From positions 16,591 through 80,590 of the forward strand of contig CAZWKA010000003.1 of assembly GCA_964634875.1 (NCBI GenBank): DNA of 64,000 bases, written 5' to 3'. Positions within the stretch are counted from its first letter, which is position 1, and the number at the start of each line of letters is the position of its first letter. The notes below the pieces were generated by a model. The model had not been told where the DNA came from. It did not search any database and saw only the letters and a program-made list of their open reading frames with translations. Below, one piece after another: positions 1-8,762 of this stretch. This DNA is from an uncultured Gammaproteobacteria bacterium. GTDB taxonomy: Bacteria; Patescibacteriota; Patescibacteriia; Magasanikbacterales; GWA2-37-8. The position numbers and the translations under genes are program-made.

Positions 1-503
1 CGCGCGAAGATGTGCTCGATGTTTTGTCGACTATTTTGGGCGGCGCGATGAGTTCGCGGTTATTTATAGAAGTCCGCGAACGCCGAGGTCTCGCCTATAT
101 GATAAGGAGTGGGGGAACATTTTTCCGTGATACGGGTGCAGTGTATGTCCAGGCTGGCCTTGATCCAGCCCGTATGCCCGAGGCGATTAAAGTCATCAAA
201 GAACAGCTTGTTCGCATGAAAGACGAAAAAGTTACGGAGAAAGAGTTAGAAGATGCTAAAAATAATATTGCCGGGGGTATTGCGCTTCGGATGGAAGATT
301 CGCATAACCAGGCAAACTGGTTTGCCGAAGAATTTATTTTTGCCAACCGTATCGAAACTCAAGAAGAAAAAATTAAGAAGATGAAAAAGGTGACCGCTGT
401 TCAAATTCAAGAATTAGCGAAGCAATTGTTTGATTTCGATCAGCTTCGAGTAGCGGCGATTTCACCGGTCACTCAAGAAAAAATTTTGGAGATGCTTAAA
501 TAA
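1..503 (+). CDS. M16 family (insulinase-like) peptidase, C-terminal part; 5' end lies outside the window
   Basis: LGGAMSSRLFIEVRERRGLAY motif typical of the M16 peptidase C-terminal domain; frame open from the window start. Confidence 0.85.
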   Translation, partial: REDVLDVLSTILGGAMSSRLFIEVRERRGLAYMIRSGGTFFRDTGAVYVQAGLDPARMPEAIKVIKEQLVRMKDEKVTEKELEDAKNNIAGGIALRMEDSHNQANWFAEEFIFANRIETQEEKIKKMKKVTAVQIQELAKQLFDFDQLRVAAISPVTQEKILEMLK

Positions 504-512
504 TGTTCTTGT

Positions 513-1283
513 ATGGAAATGCCTACCCGCAAATACTATCTTTTTGCTAACTGGAAAATGTATCTCGATTACGACGAGAGTCTGGCTTTGGCGTCTGAGA
601 TAGCAACCAAGCTCGCCGTGGTGCCGGATTCAGTGGTGGCAGCAGTATTCCCGAGTGCCCTTTCTTTCGTTGGTGTCGAGAAAGTCCTTTCTGCCACGCA
701 AGTCAATGTAGGGGCTCAGAATGCGCATTGGGTAGATAAAGGTGGTTATACTGGTGAAATTTCACCAGAGATGTACCGGCGTGTTGGTGCTACATATGCC
801 CTCGTCGGCCACTCCGAACGCCGTCATCTGGCTGGTGAAACAAATCACGATGTACGCCAAAAAATAGAGGCGCTTTTGCAAGCGGGTGTAACCCCCGTTG
901 TTTGTGTTGGTGAAACTGCTCTAGAGCGGTCAGCTGGTCAGGCTACAGAAGTAGTTGAAGCCCAGCTCCGATCAGCTTTCGCAGAATTATCTTGGCCAGC
1001 GAACCAGCCGGTTATTATTGCCTATGAACCAGTCTGGGCAATAGGGACAGGGGAGGCGTGTGCAGCCCCGGCGGCCGAAGAGATGCATGCTCTTATCGCC
1101 GCGTTTACTCGGGCTTTGGTGCCAACTCCGCCAATTAGTATTTTGTATGGCGGCAGCGTCCGCACCGATAATGTGCAGAGCTATTTGCGTGAAGAACATA
1201 TTGACGGAGTCTTGGTTGGGGGTGCCTCGATAAAAACAGACACCTGGTTTCCGATTGTTGATGAAGTTTGTAAGCTTCTGTAA
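513..1283 (+). CDS. tpiA: Triosephosphate isomerase
   Basis: ANWKM, GHSERR, AYEPVWAIGTG, YGGSV and LVGGAS motifs. Confidence 0.97.
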   Translation: MEMPTRKYYLFANWKMYLDYDESLALASEIATKLAVVPDSVVAAVFPSALSFVGVEKVLSATQVNVGAQNAHWVDKGGYTGEISPEMYRRVGATYALVGHSERRHLAGETNHDVRQKIEALLQAGVTPVVCVGETALERSAGQATEVVEAQLRSAFAELSWPANQPVIIAYEPVWAIGTGEACAAPAAEEMHALIAAFTRALVPTPPISILYGGSVRTDNVQSYLREEHIDGVLVGGASIKTDTWFPIVDEVCKLL

Positions 1284-1291
1284 ACCACGCT

Positions 1292-2194
1292 ATGATTTGG
1301 ATCATCCTTATTGGTATTATTGTCCTCGGCCTTTTGTGTATTGGCTATATTATCTTTCGCCATTTTCCTCAATTATCCAACCTTGACGCGACCCGCCTGC
1401 CAGAAGAGCAGACAGCGCGCAAGAAAAAAGAAATTATCGACAAACGAGTTGATGAGCAGGCTCGCCATTTCCAGAAGCGGTTTGGTAAGCGCCTTGAGCC
1501 TTTGGCATTGCCGTGGAAAAAAATTCAACTTCGTTTTAGGATCTATGTGGGTAAGATCGAGCGTTTATGGCACCATGAAGAAGTTGTTAAAAAATCAACT
1601 AATCCTGGAGATGCATTAACTGATACTGATAAGGAGCAAAAAATTTTCCAGCATATCCAGGAAGGACAAAATAGCCTGAACCACGAGCATTTTGAGCAGG
1701 CCGAGGAGGCTTTTATCGCTGCAATCAAGATCGACCAGAATTCTCGAGAAGGGTATCGTGGCTTGGCTGATACCTATTTAGCCAAAGGAAATCTGCCTGA
1801 AGCCAAGGAAACCTACCAATTCCTGCTCCAGATGGAGCCGGATAACGACAATGTCCTCGTAAAGCTTGGTGAAATAGCAGAGAGCCAAGGGAATACAGAA
1901 GAGGCTATTGATTGTTACCAGCAGGCTGTAGTAATTAATGACCTTTTATCTCCGCGGTTTTACCATCTGGCCGAGCTCCTCCTCAAAGTCAAGCAGCCCG
2001 ACATTGCTCTTGAAGCTATCCAATCTGCAGTTGAGCTTGAGCCGAAGAGCCCAAAATATCTTGACTTATTAATTGAAGTTGCTATACTACTTTCCGATAA
2101 GAAACTCGCTTTGGAAGTGTACAACGAGCTCCGGCTCGTTAACCCCGAAAACCAAAAATTGGAGAGTTTCAAAAGCCGAATTAGTGAATTGTAG
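1292..2194 (+). CDS. Membrane-anchored tetratricopeptide-repeat protein
   Basis: N-terminal TM helix followed by TPR-like helical repeats (AEEAFIAAIKIDQ, AIDCYQQAV). Confidence 0.8.
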   Translation: MIWIILIGIIVLGLLCIGYIIFRHFPQLSNLDATRLPEEQTARKKKEIIDKRVDEQARHFQKRFGKRLEPLALPWKKIQLRFRIYVGKIERLWHHEEVVKKSTNPGDALTDTDKEQKIFQHIQEGQNSLNHEHFEQAEEAFIAAIKIDQNSREGYRGLADTYLAKGNLPEAKETYQFLLQMEPDNDNVLVKLGEIAESQGNTEEAIDCYQQAVVINDLLSPRFYHLAELLLKVKQPDIALEAIQSAVELEPKSPKYLDLLIEVAILLSDKKLALEVYNELRLVNPENQKLESFKSRISEL

Positions 2195-2200
2195 TTTTTT

Positions 2201-2282
2201 GGGCAGTTACCCAAGCGGTCAACGGGGGCAGACTGTAAATCTGCTGGCTCAGCCTTCCAAGGTTCGAATCCTTGACTGCCCA
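2201..2282 (+). tRNA. tRNA-Tyr(GTA)
   Basis: Acceptor GGGCAGT/ACTGCCC, anticodon arm GCAGA-CTGTAAA-TCTGC, long variable arm, T-loop TTCGAAT. Confidence 0.95.
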
Positions 2283-2317
2283 CACCGGTGAGTGGTGAAA
2301 ATACTCATGTATACCAT

Positions 2318-2393
2318 GCCGCCTTAGCTCAGCTGGTAGAGCAGCTGTTTTGTAAACAGCAGGTCGTCGGTCCGAGCCCGACAGGCGGCTCCA
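2318..2393 (+). tRNA. tRNA-Thr(TGT)
   Basis: Acceptor GCCGCCT/AGGCGGC, anticodon arm GCTGT-TTTGTAA-ACAGC, encoded CCA; atypical T-loop TCCGAGC. Confidence 0.93.
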
Positions 2394-2412
2394 ATAACAA
2401 TTGAGAAAGAAT

Positions 2413-2485
2413 GCCGATGTAGCTCAGTTGGTAGAGCACGTCCATGGTAAGGACGGGGTCAGCGGTTCAAATCCGCTCATCGGCT
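2413..2485 (+). tRNA. tRNA-Thr(GGT)
   Basis: Acceptor GCCGATG/CATCGGC, anticodon arm CGTCC-ATGGTAA-GGACG, T-loop TTCAAAT. Confidence 0.93.
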
Positions 2486-2489
2486 CTAA

Positions 2490-2530
2490 AAAATAACCGG
2501 TTCTTAAGATAAGAGCCGGTTATTTTATTT
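2490..2530 (+). terminator. Intrinsic terminator after the tRNA cluster
   Basis: AAAATAACCGGTTCTT...AAGAGCCGGTTATTTT inverted repeat with T tract. Confidence 0.75.
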
Positions 2531-2614
2531 TTGTGATGTGGGAGGTGTTGACTATGATAAAGATGGTTCTGTTAAAAAATCTTTGTATAGTGTATACTAT
2601 ATATACTTAGTTGT

Positions 2615-5572
2615 ATGATCTTACATCAAAATAAAAAGGAGGGGTCATTTATTCGTTTTCACAAAAGACATTTTCTTGTTGCGTTTATAGTTATGGTAGT
2701 GAGCACAGTATTTGTTACTGGGCTCGTTTTATTTTTTGTTAATTTATATCCACCTGGTTTGTCGCGCGCGGCTACTGTCGTTTGGACAGGTGAGACAGGG
2801 GATGGTTTGTGGCAAACGGCAGGCAACTGGAGCGGATCAGCTGTCCCGACTGCTTCTGATGATGTGACTATAGCTTCAACCAGTACTTTAATTACGGTGA
2901 CACTTTCATCGGGGCAAACGGCTAATTTTAGCACCCTAACTATTGGCGGGGAAACGTTATTGACTAATTTTATCCTCGAAGGGAATATTGGAACCGGTGG
3001 AAGTATTACAATTGATAACTCTGGTGTATTGGAGCAAAAGAATGCTGTTACTCAAACAATTAGTGGTACGCTGACTATAAAGGGCGGGGCAACTGGCGGT
3101 AAGTTAACACATACAGGAAATGCTTCTTCACAGAGTTATATTTTGAATTTTGTAGCTCAAGCTATTGATGTGCAAGCGGGTGGAGTCATTGATATTACGG
3201 GAAAAGGTTATGGAGATGCCAATTCTGGCCCCGGTCCTGGTATCGGTCAATCCAATGAGGGTGTTATTGAGTCAGGTGGTGGGGCGCACGGCGGTAATGG
3301 TGGAACGTATAATTTTTCACAAGGCGGCATTGGTTATTGTTTGGTAACCGATATTACAACCATGGGTTCGCCAGGTGGGCAGGCTGGTGGAGAGACTTTT
3401 AACGACCCAAGGCATGGTGCGGGAGGTGGGCTTGCTCTGCTGCGCTCGATCGCGACTACAACATTAAATGGTTCAATTATTGCTTCAGGTGCCGCAGGTA
3501 CTACTCTTGCAGACAACACGTATAGCGGAGGTGGGGGTGGAGGTGGTTTGCGAATTACTGCTGGCGGTGCGATTGCAGGTACTCCAACCGCAGTAACAGC
3601 TAACGGGGGCGCTGGTTTTGGTGAAGGTTCGGCCGCTGGCGGAGGTGGTTGTATTCAGTTGTCCTACCATACAACAAACTCAATTACCGCTCTTGGAGAC
3701 ATGGTAACGGTTGATGGCGGTGCTCAGTTTGTAGGTGCAAATCCGACTGCTGGTTTATTTTACGCTGCCCAAACTAATGCAGTCCCAACTACTACTGTTA
3801 CCAGCGTTGTTCAATCAACGACTTCCACAGTTACTTTTGTCGCCAGTGTCACTGATGTTGATTTAGACGTAACAAGCCTTGTGGTAGAACATTCGCTCGA
3901 CGGCGCAAACTGGTCGTCTTCTACGCTGGGTAGTGTTACCCCAAGCCAGGGGTCGGTCAGCACTTCAACCGGCCGTATTTCTGGTATTGCCACCGACACT
4001 GCTACTACGACACTAACAGCAGTTTGGAATATCGGGATCGACGCGCCGACAACAACAACCTCGACTGCCTACATGCGTTTTGTTCCAACCGACGGCGCAC
4101 TTACCGGCGCTGTGGCCACTTCGACAGTTTTTTCTATTGTAACGGTTCCCCCGAGTGATTTAAATATTACGAGCGTGACAGACCATGAAGCGAATTTTAC
4201 CTGGTCAACCCAGGATGTTTTTACAAGTTATGCGCTGCAAGATGTTGCTAATGCCGTTTCATCCGGATGGGTTACCGGGGATAGTCATCAGATTACTGAT
4301 TTAACCTGTGGAGTTGCATATACTTTTGCTATTAAAGGTAAAAGCAGTGCGGATGTTGAAACTGGTCTTTCCGCTAGTATTGCGACCACAACACTTAATT
4401 GTGGTCCAGCCTTTTCGGCGAGCGGGGGTGGTGGGGGTGGTGGAGCAAGTGATTCAGGAAGCTCTGCTCCAGCGCCGAGCCCAAGCACAGACGCGCCACA
4501 GCAACTGGTAACTGTACCTTTATTTTTACAACCACCGGTAACTCCTGAAGTGCTATTAAATGTACCTCTTACGCCCGTGCCGCAGGACAGGCTTTTGCAA
4601 CCGCTTACGGTTTTGCCGCCACCAACGACACCGTTGGTTCCAGACACCGTAGTATTGCCGCCACCGTTGCCTCCTCAGGAAGTGCAGTTGATTTTAAACC
4701 AGCAAGAACAAATAGCGCAAATCATTACCCAATCCGCCCAGGTCATTGCTCCTGTACTACAAGTAACCACGCCGGTAACGGTCGGTGCAGCGACGCACAG
4801 TGTAACGGTTTCCGCTGCTTCCGCATCGAGTATTACATTTGTTCTTCGTTCTAATCCAATTACCCTTACTCTACAGGCCGGTGAGCAGCGTGAGGCTGAT
4901 ACAGACGGGGATAGTGTGACAGATGTCTTGGTGTCATATAAAGGCTTGTTGGAAGGAAAACCGCTTTTGGCTTTAGCGCCGCTGATTAATCAGGATGAAG
5001 CTGTGGGTCCGTTTACCATCAATACCGGTGCCCTGCAGACAAAATCAACCGATGTGTTGCTTACCTTTGGTGTGAAGGATATTCGTTCGATAGAAATTTC
5101 TAATACACCAGATTTTGTTTCGAGCGTGCACTTTGTTGCTGCTTCTTCAACGCGCTGGAGGCTTCCTACTGAGGCTGGTGTCGCTACGGTGTATGCCCGT
5201 ATTTATAAAAATAATGATACGGTCGTTGGGGTGAGTGATAGTATCTTTGTCCGACCAGAAGCTTTGCCTAATTGGTCGGCTGTGATCCCGAAACCCGTTG
5301 CAACCTCCACCGTACCGGTACAAAAAGCGAAGCCAGTACCTGTGGTGTTTAAAACTCCCCTGAGAGCTGGTAGTGTGGGGAATGAAGTTCGCATGCTTCA
5401 AGTAATTCTTAAAGCGCAGGGGTTATTTCCCGTGCAGCAAGCCGTAACCGGTTACTTTGGTCAGTTTACGTACCAAGGGGTTGTCGCTCTGCAAAAGAAA
5501 AATTCCCTTACCCCTATCGGTCAGGTTGGGCCGCAGACGAGGGCACTTCTGAATGTTTTATCTGCTGAGTAA
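2615..5572 (+). CDS. Large surface protein: Gly-rich beta-solenoid-like region, FN3-like domain, Pro-rich linker, C-terminal peptidoglycan-binding domain
   Basis: N-terminal TM/signal, WTG..W...GNW motif, GGG-rich repeats, C-terminal LRAGSVGNEVRMLQ...TGYFG...GQVGPQTRALLN (PG_binding_1 pattern). Confidence 0.75.
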   Translation: MILHQNKKEGSFIRFHKRHFLVAFIVMVVSTVFVTGLVLFFVNLYPPGLSRAATVVWTGETGDGLWQTAGNWSGSAVPTASDDVTIASTSTLITVTLSSGQTANFSTLTIGGETLLTNFILEGNIGTGGSITIDNSGVLEQKNAVTQTISGTLTIKGGATGGKLTHTGNASSQSYILNFVAQAIDVQAGGVIDITGKGYGDANSGPGPGIGQSNEGVIESGGGAHGGNGGTYNFSQGGIGYCLVTDITTMGSPGGQAGGETFNDPRHGAGGGLALLRSIATTTLNGSIIASGAAGTTLADNTYSGGGGGGGLRITAGGAIAGTPTAVTANGGAGFGEGSAAGGGGCIQLSYHTTNSITALGDMVTVDGGAQFVGANPTAGLFYAAQTNAVPTTTVTSVVQSTTSTVTFVASVTDVDLDVTSLVVEHSLDGANWSSSTLGSVTPSQGSVSTSTGRISGIATDTATTTLTAVWNIGIDAPTTTTSTAYMRFVPTDGALTGAVATSTVFSIVTVPPSDLNITSVTDHEANFTWSTQDVFTSYALQDVANAVSSGWVTGDSHQITDLTCGVAYTFAIKGKSSADVETGLSASIATTTLNCGPAFSASGGGGGGGASDSGSSAPAPSPSTDAPQQLVTVPLFLQPPVTPEVLLNVPLTPVPQDRLLQPLTVLPPPTTPLVPDTVVLPPPLPPQEVQLILNQQEQIAQIITQSAQVIAPVLQVTTPVTVGAATHSVTVSAASASSITFVLRSNPITLTLQAGEQREADTDGDSVTDVLVSYKGLLEGKPLLALAPLINQDEAVGPFTINTGALQTKSTDVLLTFGVKDIRSIEISNTPDFVSSVHFVAASSTRWRLPTEAGVATVYARIYKNNDTVVGVSDSIFVRPEALPNWSAVIPKPVATSTVPVQKAKPVPVVFKTPLRAGSVGNEVRMLQVILKAQGLFPVQQAVTGYFGQFTYQGVVALQKKNSLTPIGQVGPQTRALLNVLSAE

Positions 5573-5573
5573 T

Positions 5574-5611
5574 AAAAAAATATCCACCTTGAGTAAGGTG
5601 GATATTTTTTT
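5574..5611. terminator. Bidirectional intrinsic terminator
   Basis: AAAAAAATATCCACCTT-GAGT-AAGGTGGATATTTTTTT. Confidence 0.85.
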
Positions 5612-5613
5612 GA

Positions 5614-5714
5614 TGCTCCACTTCGTCCTATCGCTCATACGAACTAATTCGTAGGAATGATAGGGTGGGCGAAGTGGGGTGGGGGCTCCGCGCGTTTTTG
5701 GCGCGCGGAGCCCC
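5614..5714 (-). other. Structured 3' UTR of GC-rich orphan A (two hairpins plus CCCCAC tract)
   Basis: GGGGCTCCGCGCG/CGCGCGGAGCCCC hairpin and long imperfect CCACTTCG...CGAAGTGG hairpin. Confidence 0.7.
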
Positions 5715-5726
5715 TGGATTGGCTTT

Positions 5727-6380
5727 CTAGCGGCGCCAGAAAGCCAGAAACATGAGGGCGAAGGGTGCGGTGCAGACCGCGCCGAGGAACACGAACGCGA
5801 CGAACCGTGCTCTCGGCGAGATCCGGCTGACGCGCCGGATGGCCTGGGTGCGGCGCTCCTGCTCGGGGATCAGCGTATATGGCTGCGTGCCGTTGCTGAT
5901 GGGGTGCCGCTGCGTGCCCTGCTCTGTGATGGGGAACAGGCCGGTCTCAGCCCCACGCAGAACCGCGAGCTGCATGGTTCCCTCTCTGGACAGGTCGAGT
6001 GTCGGGATCTCTTTGGTGTCGTCCTCGTCGCCCATGCTCTGCACCTCTTTGGTGGCGGTGAGCTGGCGCTCGAACGCGGCCAGGCGCAGGTTCAGCAGGG
6101 TCTTGTCCGGATCCTCCTCCAGTTCGTCAAGGAGGGGGGTGAGAGCCTGAAGCGGGGTGACAGACGAGGCCGGCGGCGGCACCTCAAGCGGCCGAGCCAA
6201 CAGTGTCAGCGCGTAGGCCTCCTGGTGGAAGCCGCGCGGGTTCGTGGGCGTACGCTCATCCCCGAAGAGAGGGGGTGTGCGGCTCGAGGGCGGGCTGTCG
6301 GCAGAGCTCTGCGGCGGGCACGACGGGTCAATCAGGGGCTTGGCGAAAAGGGGCGGAGTCAGACTGCTGTGCGTCTTCAT
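5727..6380 (-). CDS. GC-rich SD-led orphan A: Pro-rich disordered protein with C-terminal TM anchor
   Basis: GAGGT-7nt-ATG at 6380; GC-rich codons; C-terminal FVAFVFLGAVCTAPFALMFLAFWRR. Confidence 0.7.
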   Translation of the reverse strand: MKTHSSLTPPLFAKPLIDPSCPPQSSADSPPSSRTPPLFGDERTPTNPRGFHQEAYALTLLARPLEVPPPASSVTPLQALTPLLDELEEDPDKTLLNLRLAAFERQLTATKEVQSMGDEDDTKEIPTLDLSREGTMQLAVLRGAETGLFPITEQGTQRHPISNGTQPYTLIPEQERRTQAIRRVSRISPRARFVAFVFLGAVCTAPFALMFLAFWRR

Positions 6381-6420
6381 GACTGTTACCTCGCTGGGTG
6401 GCAAAAAAGGTCGGGCATTG

Positions 6421-6470
6421 TAGCGGTGAAACAGTCTGATTAATAGCTTTATTAGACTGTTTCACCGCTA
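6421..6470 (-). other. 20-bp-stem hairpin in the 5' leader of orphan A
   Basis: TAGCGGTGAAACAGTCTGAT-10nt-ATTAGACTGTTTCACCGCTA, one mismatch. Confidence 0.8.
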
Positions 6471-6524
6471 GAACACTTTTTTAAGGAACAAAAAAACCTG
6501 CGGCTTTCGCCTACAGGATGCTCC

Positions 6525-6553
6525 ATCCTAGCACATTTTTAGGGTTTTGTCAA
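6525..6553 (-). promoter_or_regulatory. Sigma70 promoter for orphan A
   Basis: Minus strand TTGACA-17-TAGGAT with extended TG. Confidence 0.7.
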
Positions 6554-6718
6554 GGGTGTTTTGGGGTATTTTGGCTAATTTTAGCTATTTTTATAGTTTT
6601 AGAGTAGTTCAAATACCACTATTTACTGTTGCGGGCAAACATTTTTAAGCAGTATCTTTTCTTGAGGCAAGAAGTTATTAGTGGTAAACTATAATTTCTA
6701 ATTATAGTTTCTATATGT

Positions 6719-7660
6719 ATGCCTGGTAATCGAGAATGGCTGGTCCCCGCTGAATTTATAAAAAGAAAACCAACAAATTTGTATGAGGCACTTAAACTGC
6801 CTTTCCTTGCCTCGCCCGGCGAAGTGAAGGAGTCATATCGCCGTCTGGCAATGCGCTATCACCCAGACCAGGCCGGCACCAAGACTCCAGAGGAGATTCA
6901 AGCTGATGAAGAGCGTTTTAAAGAAGTTGATGAAGCGTACCAAATTTTAGCTCAGCCTGAAAAAAAGTTGAAGTATGATTTTGATACCATGGAAGCAGAG
7001 ACTGAAAAAGCAATGCACACGTGGAAAGAATGTGGAGGGCCAGATTTTGCCAATAAGCCGCAAGAGTACGAAATGCTCGCTCGCGATGAGGAAGCTTTTT
7101 TTAACAGCCTTTTTCGGACTGATCAGGCGAAAGAAAAAGCAACCAAAGTGTTGTCTGACCTTGGTTTTCACCGTGCCCCTGATGTGAAAGACCGTTTCCC
7201 GTATACTTTTATAGATACCGACCCTGGCGATACTGATGGGGCGTCAAACATTGTGTATGAAGCACGGGCGCTCCGTAAGGACGCAAAAGACCTTGGAAGC
7301 GCTGCTCAAAAAATTGTGGAGGAATGGGGCGAAAAGGAGGGTGTCCTTGACGCTCTCGGAATAAAACAGAAAATACGCGATTATATTGACACCGCGCGCC
7401 GAAAATTTTTTACGCCCCAGGCGATCGCTTATAGCGAAGCCGCTATAAAAATGTATGGCTCAAAGCAAAAGCGAAGGCAGACCGAATTTTTTTTAACCAA
7501 CTCCGATAGTCTGCTTAAACAGATGAAGGCGTACGACGAAACTGCCCAAGTTAATTTGTTGCCACAACAAGAAGGTGTTGATAAAAAAAAGCTGGCCACT
7601 TCTTTGCGAGGGCGGCGTTTATTATTTGTCGGACATTTAGAGACGATCGGTCTCGAGTAA
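6719..7660 (+). CDS. J-domain protein with unrecognised C-terminal region
   Basis: YEALKL...YRRLAMRYHPD...FKEVDEAYQIL J-domain with HPD motif. Confidence 0.8.
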   Translation: MPGNREWLVPAEFIKRKPTNLYEALKLPFLASPGEVKESYRRLAMRYHPDQAGTKTPEEIQADEERFKEVDEAYQILAQPEKKLKYDFDTMEAETEKAMHTWKECGGPDFANKPQEYEMLARDEEAFFNSLFRTDQAKEKATKVLSDLGFHRAPDVKDRFPYTFIDTDPGDTDGASNIVYEARALRKDAKDLGSAAQKIVEEWGEKEGVLDALGIKQKIRDYIDTARRKFFTPQAIAYSEAAIKMYGSKQKRRQTEFFLTNSDSLLKQMKAYDETAQVNLLPQQEGVDKKKLATSLRGRRLLFVGHLETIGLE

Positions 7661-7722
7661 GCTCTTTGTTCAGGGTGGCAAAAAAGGCCTGTTCAATCAA
7701 TGTATATTTTTAATTTTCGCCT

Positions 7723-8160
7723 ATGCTTAACCGCGATCTCATCAGCACCCTGACCCTCACTATCAACGCACCGGTCGCCAAAGTCTGGGACGGCCTTACG
7801 AACCCCGCGATGATCAAACAATGGCTCTTTGGCACCGATACCAAAACCACCTGGGAACCAGGCAGCGACCTTATTTTTAGCGGCGAATGGAGTGGGCAGG
7901 CCTACGAAGACAAAGGCAAAGTCGTCGTGTTCGAGCCGGAAAAAGTTTTGGAATATACCTATTGGAGCGCTTTTTCCAAATTACCGGACGCGCCGGAAAA
8001 TTATAGCCGCGTTAGGTTTGTTTTGTCTGATAAGGGTGATATCACCGAAATGGTGGTAACGCAGACCGGGTTTACGGGTGAAGAAGCGAAGCAGCATTCC
8101 ATGGATAATTGGAGGAGTACGCTGGGGAAGATGAAGGAGTTGGTGGAGGAAAATAATTAG
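7723..8160 (+). CDS. SRPBCC/AHSA1 domain protein
   Basis: INAPVAKVWDGLTNP...W...GW pattern typical of SRPBCC. Confidence 0.85.
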   Translation: MLNRDLISTLTLTINAPVAKVWDGLTNPAMIKQWLFGTDTKTTWEPGSDLIFSGEWSGQAYEDKGKVVVFEPEKVLEYTYWSAFSKLPDAPENYSRVRFVLSDKGDITEMVVTQTGFTGEEAKQHSMDNWRSTLGKMKELVEENN

Positions 8161-8171
8161 GTTTTTATTTT

Positions 8172-8753
8172 TTATCCCACTTGTCTTATCCAATCTCGGA
8201 TGATGCTTTGAATTCTCCCTATCTCTATTTCCGGCAATTCTCCGGTATGCATAATTATGTTTCTTGATAGTTCTAGGTCGTTAAAACGAGATGATATCCA
8301 GTGTTGATCGGGAAATAGATCGGAGAAATTCTCCCAATTAGCAACTATGATTTGAGCCAAGTTGCCAAACATTGTGTAACCTATTAACGAAGAGGATCGT
8401 GGAGTGTGGTATTTATTTTTCTCTTCTTTAGCCCTTAGATTTTCTGCTTGTTCCTGTACTTTCTTGGGAACATTGTCTTTCCACCATCCAATCCCAGCTC
8501 TCAATAAAAGTCGTTCTTCAATTAATTCTCGAACTGCGTTTTCCAAACAAAAGAACGATTGGTATGTCTTTGACATAAGACTAGCTCGATGTACTAAGAT
8601 TGGGCTGAAATCAGTTTCTTCCAAGACAGTGTCTTCCTCTTCTTTAACTATTCCCGAGTCAATCCCATCTCTCGTAAGTTTAATTAAGCTTTCGGTTGCA
8701 AGAATGCCATTAAAAACTAATTTTTTGAGCTGCTGTAAATTTGTTTTGTACAT
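8172..8753 (-). CDS. Swt1-like HEPN domain protein (putative RNase)
   Basis: FCLENAVRELI...WW...RNIIMH (R-x4-H HEPN motif). Confidence 0.8.
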   Translation of the reverse strand: MYKTNLQQLKKLVFNGILATESLIKLTRDGIDSGIVKEEEDTVLEETDFSPILVHRASLMSKTYQSFFCLENAVRELIEERLLLRAGIGWWKDNVPKKVQEQAENLRAKEEKNKYHTPRSSSLIGYTMFGNLAQIIVANWENFSDLFPDQHWISSRFNDLELSRNIIMHTGELPEIEIGRIQSIIRDWIRQVG

Positions 8754-8762
8754 AAGCCGGCC

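Noticed and set aside
1960-2291. ORFs overlapping tRNA-Tyr (also 16436-16630 and 46345-46635)
   Set aside because: Spurious translations of tRNA genes.
2636-2646. AAGGAGG inside the start of the large surface protein
   Set aside because: Within the coding sequence with no start codon at suitable spacing.
5614-5680. Bulged hairpins after orphans as integron attC sites
   Set aside because: No RYYYAAC/GTTRRRY boxes, no tandem cassette array and no integrase in the window.
5679-6443. Long plus-strand ORFs overlapping orphan A (and similar shadows at 17849-18355, 31890-32297, 62663-63253)
   Set aside because: Antisense or off-frame shadows of GC-rich genes; no RBS or promoter, whereas the called frames have both.
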